Below, piece by piece: positions 54,404-64,000 of a stretch of 64,000 bases of DNA (position 1 is the stretch's first letter; each line of letters starts with the position of its first letter). Made by a program: the position numbers and the translations under genes. Below the pieces are notes generated by a model that was given only the letters and a program-made list of their open reading frames with translations, did no database searches and was not told the origin of the DNA. Source of the stretch: Auanema rhodensis (lineage: Eukaryota > Animalia > Nematoda); the NCBI GenBank assembly GCA_964057225.1, contig OZ059897.1, positions 20,398,001 to 20,462,000 on the forward strand, given 5' to 3'.

Positions 54404-57400
54404 ATCGTTTGAAAAATGATGCATTAGTGTATGTTGAGTTTCCATGTACACTCAACATTGCTTCCAAAAACATTTTGACAAAAATTTTTTCGAAAAATTT
54501 CAGAATAATTTAGCAAAAAGTAGATGTTTTTAGATTCCTTTTTTCAAGGCAAAGACAATGGACCATGTTATTCAACGAAAAAATTAATTCTTCAGGGTGA
54601 AAATCGAGGATATAAGTGTGAACTTATATCAGTTGATATCTCGGTGCATTTTTAAGCTAGCGCAAATCTGATAACACAGATCGACGCAGCTTAAAAATCC
54701 GCATCGAATGCACTATACTACATTAAGAAACGCTTAATACAAAAATTAGTTATGATCGTTTGAAAAATGATGCATTAGTGTATGTTGAGTTTCCATGTAC
54801 ACTCAACATTGCTTTCAAAAACATTTTGACAAAAATTTTTTCGAAAAATTTCAAAATAATTTAGCAAAAAGTAGATGTTTTTAGATTCCTTTTTTCAAGG
54901 CAAAGACGATGGACAATGTTATTCAACGAAAAAATTAATTCTTCAGGGTGAAAATCGAGGATATAAGTGTAAACTTATATCAGTTGATATCTCGGTGCAT
55001 TTTTAAGCTAGCGCAAATCTGATAACACAGATCGACGCAGCTTAAAAATCCGCATCGAATGCACTATACTACATTGAGAAACGCTTAATACAAAAATTAG
55101 TTATGATCGTTTGAAAAATGATGCATTAGTGTATGTTGAGTTTCCATGTACACTCAACATTGCTTCCAAAAACATTTTGACAAAAATTTTTTCGAAAAAT
55201 TTCAAAATAATTTAGCAAAAAGTAGATGTTTTTAGATTCCTTTTTTCAAGGCAAAGACGATGGACAATGTTATTTAACGAAAAAATTAATTCTTCAGGGT
55301 GAAAATCGAGGATAAAAGTGTAAACTTATATCAGTTGATATCTCGGTGCATTTTTAAGCTAGCGCAAATCTGATAACACAGATCGACGCAGCTTAAAAAT
55401 CCGCATCGAATGCACTATACTACATTGAGAAACGCTTAATACAAAAATTAGTTATGATCGTTTGAAAAATGATGCATTAGTGTATGTTGAGTTTCCATGT
55501 ACACTCAACATTGCTTCCAAAAACATTTTGACAAAAATTTTTTCGAAAAATTTCAAAATAATTTAGCAAAAAGTAGATGTTTTTAGATTCCTTTTTTCAA
55601 GGCAAAGACAATGGACCATGTTATTCAACGAAAAAAGTAATTCTTCAGGGTGAAAATCGAGGATATAAGTGTAAACTTATATCATTTGATATCTCGGTGC
55701 ATTTTTAAGCTAGCGCAAATCTGATAACACAGATCGACGCAGCTTAAAAATCCGCATCGAATGCACTATACTACATTAAGAAACGCTTAATACGAAAGTT
55801 AGTTATGATCGTTTGAAAAATGATGCATTAGTGTATGTTGAGTTTCCATGTACACTCAACATTGCTTCCAAAAACATTTTGACAAAAATTTTTTCGAAAA
55901 ATTTCAAAATAATTTAGCAAAAAGTAGATGTTTTTAGATTCCTTTTTTTAAGGCAAAGACAATGGACCATGTTATTCAACGAAAAAATTAATTCTTCAGG
56001 GTGAAAATCGAGGATATAAGTGTAAACTTATATCATTTGATACCTCGGTGCATTTTTAAGCTAGCGCAAATCTGATAACACAGATCGACGCAGCTTAAAA
56101 ATCCGCATCGAATGCACTATACTACATTAAGAAACGCTTAATACAAAAATTAGTTATGATCGTTTGAAAAATGATGCATTAGTGTATGTTGAGTTTCCAT
56201 GTACACTCAACATTGCTTCCGAAAACATTTTGACAAAAATTTTTTCGAAAAATTTCAAAATAATTTAGCAAAAAGTAGATGTTTTTAGATTCCTTTTTTT
56301 AAGGCAAAGACAATGGACCATGTTATTCAACGAAAAAATTAATTCTTCAGGGTGAAAATCGAGGATATAAGTGTAAACTTATATCATTTGATACCTCGGT
56401 GCATTTTTAAGCTAGCGCAAATCTGATAACACAGATCGACGCAGCTTAAAAATCCGCATCGAATGCACTATACTACATTAAGAAACGCTTAATACAAAAA
56501 TTAGTTATGATCGTTTGAAAAATGATGCATTAGTGTATGTTGAGTTTCCATGTACACTCAACATTGCTTCCGAAAACATTTTGACAAAAATTTTTTCGAA
56601 AAATTTCAAAATAATTTAGCAAAAAGTAGATGTTTTTAGATTCCTTTTTTCAAGGCAAAGACGATGAACAATGTTATTCAACGAAAAAATTAATTCTTCA
56701 GGGTGAAAATCGAGGATATAAGTGTGAACTTATATCAGATGATATCTCGGTGCATTTTTAAGCTAGCGCAAATCTGATAACACAGATCGACGCAGCTTAA
56801 AAATCCGCATCGAATGCACTATACTACATTGAGAAACGCTTAATACAAAAATTAGTTATGATCGTTTGAAAAATGATGCATTAGTGTATGTTGAGTTTCC
56901 ATGTACACTCAACATTGCTTCCAAAAACATTTTGACAAAAATTTTTTCGAAAAATTTCAGAATAATTTAGCAAAAAGTAGATGTTTTTAGATTCCTTTTT
57001 TCAAGGCAAAGACAATGGACCATGTTATTCAACGAAAAAATTAATTCTTCAGGGTGAAAATCGAGGATATAAGTGTGAACTTATATCAGTTGATATCTCG
57101 GTGCATTTTTAAGCTAGCGCAAATCTGATAACACAGATCGACGCAGCTTAAAAATCCGCATCGAATGCACTATACTACATTAAGAAACGCTTAATACAAA
57201 AATTAGTTATGATCGTTTGAAAAATGATGCATTAGTGTATGTTGAGTTTCCATGTACACTCAACATTGCTTTCAAAAACATTTTGACAAAAATTTTTTCG
57301 AAAAATTTCAACATAATTTAGCAAAAAGTAGATGTTTTTAGATTCCTTTTTTCAAGGCAAAGACGATGGACAATGTTATTCAACGAAAAAATTAATTCTT

Positions 57401-59317
57401 CAGGGTGAAAATCGAGGATATAAGTGTAAACTTATATCAGTTGATATCTCGGTGCATTTTTAAGCTAGCGCAAATCTGATAACACAGATCGACGCAGCTT
57501 AAAAATCCGCATCGAATGCACTATACTACATTGAGAAACGCTTAATACAAAAATTAGTTATGATCGTTTGAAAAATGATGCATTAGTGTATGTTGAGTTT
57601 CCATGTACACTCAACATTGCTTCCAAAAACATTTTGACAAAAATTTTTTCGAAAAATTTCAAAATAATTTAGCAAAAAGTAGATGTTTTTAGATTCCTTT
57701 TTTCAAGGCAAAGACGATGGACAATGTTATTTAACGAAAAAATTAATTCTTCAGGGTGAAAATCGAGGATAAAAGTGTAAACTTATATCAGTTGATATCT
57801 CGGTGCATTTTTAAGCTAGCGCAAATCTGATAACACAGATCGACGCAGCTTAAAAATCCGCATCGAATGCACTATACTACATTGAGAAACGCTTAATACA
57901 AAAATTAGTTATGATCGTTTGAAAAATGATGCATTAGTGTATGTTGAGTTTCCATGTACACTCAACATTGCTTCCAAAAACATTTTGACAAAAATTTTTT
58001 CGAAAAATTTCAAAATAATTTAGCAAAAAGTAGATGTTTTTAGATTCCTTTTTTCAAGGCAAAGACAATGGACCATGTTATTCAACGAAAAAAGTAATTC
58101 TTCAGGGTGAAAATCGAGGATATAAGTGTAAACTTATATCATTTGATATCTCGGTGCATTTTTAAGCTAGCGCAAATCTGATAACACAGATCGACGCAGC
58201 TTAAAAATCCGCATCGAATGCACTATACTACATTAAGAAACGCTTAATACGAAAATTAGTTATGATCGTTTGAAAAATGATGCATTAGTGTATGTTGAGT
58301 TTCCATGTACACTCAACATTGCTTCCAAAAACATTTTGACAAAAATTTTTTCGAAAAATTTCAAAATAATTTAGCAAAAAGTAGATGTTTTTAGATTCCT
58401 TTTTTTAAGGCAAAGACAATGGACCATGTTATTCAACGAAAAAATTAATTCTTCAGGGTGAAAATCGAGGATATAAGTGTAAACTTATATCATTTGATAC
58501 CTCGGTGCATTTTTAAGCTAGCGCAAATCTGATAACACAGATCGACGCAGCTTAAAAATCCGCATCGAATGCACTATACTACATTAAGAAACGCTTAATA
58601 CAAAAATTAGTTATGATCGTTTGAAAAATGATGCATTAGTGTATGTTGAGTTTCCATGTACACTCAACATTGCTTCCGAAAACATTTTGACAAAAATTTT
58701 TTCGAAAAATTTCAAAATAATTTAGCAAAAAGTAGATGTTTTTAGATTCCTTTTTTTAAGGCAAAGACAATGGACCATGTTATTCAACGAAAAAATTAAT
58801 TCTTCAGGGTGAAAATCGAGGATATAAGTGTAAACTTATATCATTTGATACCTCGGTGCATTTTTAAGCTAGCGCAAATCTGATAACACAGATCGACGCA
58901 GCTTAAAAATCCGCATCGAATGCACTATACTACATTAAGAAACGCTTAATACAAAAATTAGTTATGATCGTTTGAAAAATGATGCATTAGTGTATGTTGA
59001 GTTTCCATGTACACTCAACATTGCTTCCGAAAACATTTTGACAAAAATTTTTTCGAAAAATTTCAAAATAATTTAGCAAAAAGTAGATGTTTTTAGATTC
59101 CTTTTTTCAAGGCAAAGACGATGAACAATGTTATTCAACGAAAAAATTAATTCTTCAGGGTGAAAATCAAGGATATAAGTGTGAACTTATATCAGATGAT
59201 ATCTCGGTGCATTTTTAAGCTAGCGCAAATCTGATAACACAGATCGACGCAGCTTAAAAATCCGCATCGAATGCACTATACTACATTGAGAAACGCTTAA
59301 TACAAAAATTAGTTATG
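54404..59317. repeat. 7-monomer (2457-bp) higher-order repeat, two tandem copies, with partial copies downstream (e.g. from 62477)
   Basis: TCAGAAT 54503/56960; GCTTTC 54815/57272; AAAGTAA 55637/58094; GATACCTC 56043 and 56394 / 58500 and 58851. Confidence 0.88.
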
Positions 59318-62300
59318 ATCGTTTGAAAAATGATGCATTAGTGTATGTTGAGTTTCCATGTACACTCAACATTGCTTCCAAAAACATTTTGACAAAAATT
59401 TTTTCGAAAATTTTCAAAATAATTTAGCAAAAAGTAGATGTTTTTAGATTCCTTTTTTCAAGGCAAAGACAATGGACCATGTTATTCAACGAAAAAATTA
59501 ATTCTTCAGGGTGAAAATCGAGGATATAAGTGTGAACTTATATCAGTTGATATCTCGGTGCATTTTTAAGCTAGCGCAAATCTGATAACACAGATCGACG
59601 CAGCTTAAAAATCCGCATCGAATGCACTATACTACATTGAGAAACGCTTAATACAAAAATTAGTTATGATCGTTTGAAAAATGATGCATTAGTGTATGTT
59701 GAGTTTCCATGTACACTCAACATTGCTTCCAAAAACATTTTGACAAAAATTTTTTCGAAAAATTTCAAAATAATTTAGCAAAAAGTAGATGTTTTTAGAT
59801 TCCTTTTTTCAAGGCAAAGACAATGGACCATGTTATTCAACGAAAAAATTAATTCTTCAGGGTGAAAATCGAGGATATAAGTGTGAACTTATATCAGTTG
59901 ATATCTCGGTGCATTTTTAAGCTAGCGCAAATCTGATAACACAGATCGACGCAGCTTAAAAATCCGCATCGAATGCACTATACTACATTAAGAAACGCTT
60001 AATACAAAAATTAGTTATGATCGTTTGAAAAATGATGCATTAGTGTATGTTGAGTTTCCATGTACACTCAACATTGCTTCCAAAAACATTTTGACAAAAA
60101 TTTTTTCGAAAAATTTCAAAATAATTTAGCAAAAAGTAGATGTTTTTAGATTCCTTTTTTCAAGGCAAAGACGATGGACAATGTTATTTAACGAAAAAAT
60201 TAATTCTTCAGGGTGAAAATCGAGGATAAAAGTGTAAACTTATATCAGTTGATATCTCGGTGCATTTTTAAGCTAGCGCAAATCTGATAACACAGATCGA
60301 CGCAGCTTAAAAATCCGCATCGAATGCACTATACTACATTGAGAAACGCTTAATACAAAAATTAGTTATGATCGTTTGAAAAATGATGCATTAGTGTATG
60401 TTGAGTTTCCATGTACACTCAACATTGCTTCCAAAAACATTTTGACAAAAATTTTTTCGAAAAATTTCAAAATAATTTAGCAAAAAGTAGATGTTTTTAG
60501 ATTCCTTTTTTCAAGGCAAAGACAATGGACCATGTTATTCAACGAAAAAAGTAATTCTTCAGGGTGAAAATCGAGGATATAAGTGTAAACTTATATCATT
60601 TGATATCTCGGTGCATTTTTAAGCTAGCGCAAATCTGATAACACAGATCGACGCAGCTTAAAAATCCGCATCGAATGCACTATACTACATTAAGAAACGC
60701 TTAATACGAAAATTAGTTATGATCGTTTGAAAAATGATGCATTAGTGTATGTTGAGTTTCCATGTACACTCAACATTGCTTCCAAAAACATTTTGACAAA
60801 AATTTTTTCGAAAAATTTCAAAATAATTTAGCAAAAAGTAGATGTTTTTAGATTCCTTTTTTTAAGGCAAAGACAATGGACCATGTTATTCAACGAAAAA
60901 ATTAATTCTTCAGGGTGAAAATCGAGGATATAAGTGTGAACTTATATCAGTTGATATCTCGGTGCATTTTTAAGCTAGCGCAAATCTGATAACACAGATC
61001 GACGCAGCTTAAAAATCCGCATCGAATGCACTATACTACATTAAGAAACGCTTAATACAAAAATTAGTTATGATCGTTTGAAAAATGATGCATTAGTGTA
61101 TGTTGAGTTTCCATGTACACTCAACATTGCTTTCAAAAACATTTTGACAAAAATTTTTTCGAAAAATTTCAAAATAATTTAGCAAAAAGTAGATGTTTTT
61201 AGATTCCTTTTTTCAAGGCAAAGACGATGGACAATGTTATTCAACGAAAAAATTAATTCTTCAGGGTGAAAATCGAGGATATAAGTGTAAACTTATATCA
61301 TTTGATACCTCGGTGCATTTTTAAGCTAGCGCAAATCTGATAACACAGATCGACGCAGCTTAAAAATCCGCATCGAATGCACTATACTACATTAAGAAAC
61401 GCTTAATACAAAAATTAGTTATGATCGTTTGAAAAATGATGCATTAGTGTATGTTGAGTTTCCATGTACACTCAACATTGCTTCCGAAAACATTTTGACA
61501 AAAATTTTTTCGAAAAATTTCAAAATAATTTAGCAAAAAGTAGATGTTTTTAGATTCCTTTTTTTAAGGCAAAGACAATGGACCATGTTATTCAACGAAA
61601 AAATTAATTCTTCAGGGTGAAAATCGAGGATATAAGTGTAAACTTATATCATTTGATACCTCGGTGCATTTTTAAGCTAGCGCAAATCTGATAACACAGA
61701 TCGACGCAGCTTAAAAATCCGCATCGAATGCACTATACTACATTAAGAAACGCTTAATACAAAAATTAGTTATGATCGTTTGAAAAATGATGCATTAGTG
61801 TATGTTGAGTTTCCATGTACACTCAACATTGCTTCCGAAAACATTTTGACAAAAATTTTTTCGAAAAATTTCAAAATAATTTAGCAAAAAGTAGATGTTT
61901 TTAGATTCCTTTTTTTAAGGCAAAGACAATGGACCATGTTATTCAACGAAAAAATTAATTCTTCAGGGTGAAAATCGAGGATATAAGTGTAAACTTATAT
62001 CATTTGATACCTCGGTGCATTTTTAAGCTAGCGCAAATCTGATAACACAGATCGACGCAGCTTAAAAATCCGCATCGAATGCACTATACTACATTAAGAA
62101 ACGCTTAATACAAAAATTAGTTATGATCGTTTGAAAAATGATGCATTAGTGTATGTTGAGTTTCCATGTACACTCAACATTGCTTCCGAAAACATTTTGA
62201 CAAAAATTTTTTCGAAAAATTTCAAAATAATTTAGCAAAAAGTAGATGTTTTTAGATTCCTTTTTTCAAGGCAAAGACGATGAACAATGTTATTCAACGA

Positions 62301-64000
62301 AAAAATTAATTCTTCAGGGTGAAAATCGAGGATATAAGTGTGAACTTATATCAGATGATATCTCGGTGCATTTTTAAGCTAGCGCAAATCTGATAACACA
62401 GATCGACGCAGCTTAAAAATCCGCATCGAATGCACTATACTACATTGAGAAACGCTTAATACAAAAATTAGTTATGATCGTTTGAAAAATGATGCATTAG
62501 TGTATGTTGAGTTTCCATGTACACTCAACATTGCTTCCAAAAACATTTTGACAAAAATTTTTTCGAAAAATTTCAGAATAATTTAGCAAAAAGTAGATGT
62601 TTTTAGATTCCTTTTTTCAAGGCAAAGACAATGGACCATGTTATTCAACGAAAAAATTAATTCTTCAGGGTGAAAATCGAGGATATAAGTGTGAACTTAT
62701 ATCAGTTGATATCTCGGTGCATTTTTAAGCTAGCGCAAATCTGATAACACAGATCGACGCAGCTTAAAAATCCGCATCGAATGCACTATACTACATTAAG
62801 AAACGCTTAATACAAAAATTAGTTATGATCGTTTGAAAAATGATGCATTAGTGTATGTTGAGTTTCCATGTACACTCAACATTGCTTTCAAAAACATTTT
62901 GACAAAAATTTTTTCGAAAAATTTCAAAATAATTTAGCAAAAAGTAGATGTTTTTAGATTCCTTTTTTCAAGGCAAAGACGATGGACAATGTTATTCAAC
63001 GAAAAAATTAATTCTTCAGGGTGAAAATCGAGGATATAAGTGTAAACTTATATCAGTTGATATCTCGGTGCATTTTTAAGCTAGCGCAAATCTGATAACA
63101 CAGATCGACGCAGCTTAAAAATCCGCATCGAATGCACTATACTACATTGAGAAACGCTTAATACAAAAATTAGTTATGATCGTTTGAAAAATGATGCATT
63201 AGTGTATGTTGAGTTTCCATGTACACTCAACATTGCTTCCAAAAACATTTTGACAAAAATTTTTTCGAAAAATTTCAAAATAATTTAGCAAAAAGTAGAT
63301 GTTTTTAGATTCCTTTTTTCAAGGCAAAGACGATGGACAATGTTATTTAACGAAAAAATTAATTCTTCAGGGTGAAAATCGAGGATAAAAGTGTAAACTT
63401 ATATCAGTTGATATCTCGGTGCATTTTTAAGCTAGCGCAAATCTGATAACACAGATCGACGCAGCTTAAAAATCCGCATCGAATGCACTATACTACATTG
63501 AGAAACGCTTAATACAAAAATTAGTTATGATCGTTTGAAAAATGATGCATTAGTGTATGTTGAGTTTCCATGTACACTCAACATTGCTTCCAAAAACATT
63601 TTGACAAAAATTTTTTCGAAAAATTTCAAAATAATTTAGCAAAAAGTAGATGTTTTTAGATTCCTTTTTTCAAGGCAAAGACAATGGACCATGTTATTCA
63701 ACGAAAAAAGTAATTCTTCAGGGTGAAAATCGAGGATATAAGTGTAAACTTATATCATTTGATATCTCGGTGCATTTTTAAGCTAGCGCAAATCTGATAA
63801 CACAGATCGACGCAGCTTAAAAATCCGCATCGAATGCACTATACTACATTAAGAAACGCTTAATACGAAAATTAGTTATGATCGTTTGAAAAATGATGCA
63901 TTAGTGTATGTTGAGTTTCCATGTACACTCAACATTGCTTCCAAAAACATTTTGACAAAAATTTTTTCGAAAAATTTCAAAATAATTTAGCAAAAAGTAG

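Larger units (their letters stand above)
1..64000. repeat. Satellite DNA: tandem array of a 351-bp AT-rich monomer, about 182.3 copies, running off both window ends
   Basis: ATCGTTTGAAAAATGATGC recurs at 1, 352, 703 ... 3511, 7021 ... 45631 (1+351n). The phase shifts by -1 after ~48297 and by -2 after ~49830 (starts at 49841, 53351, 56861, 60371, 63881). Copies differ at only a few positions each. Confidence 0.99.

Noticed and set aside
1-64000. CRISPR array or repeat-spacer system
   Set aside because: There are no unique spacers; the entire 351-bp unit repeats, and no cas-like ORFs are present.

Overview
The whole window is one uninterrupted head-to-tail tandem array of an AT-rich 351-bp monomer (about 31% GC by hand count of monomer 1): 182 complete copies plus a 120-bp partial copy. 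All copies are in the same orientation, with no insertions, inversions or unique sequence. It is eukaryotic-type satellite DNA, plausibly centromeric or pericentromeric heterochromatin; I cannot assign the organism or a named family. Copies differ by a few substitutions and only two 1-bp deletions. Shared variants reveal nested, locally changing higher-order repeats (3-, 5-, 6-, 7-, 8-, 14- and 17-monomer periods). The monomer is rich in dyad symmetry: a ~67-nt hairpin, a 9-bp stem whose two loop alleles are both GNRA, and a nested foldback centred on TTTTTCGAAAAA. One monomer carries a 5-base change that looks like a palindrome-templated mutation. The ten 63-aa ORFs are stop-loss artefacts of the repeat. 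I see no gene, RNA gene, CRISPR array or coding system. 'pos' below means position within the monomer, where pos 1 = window base 1.
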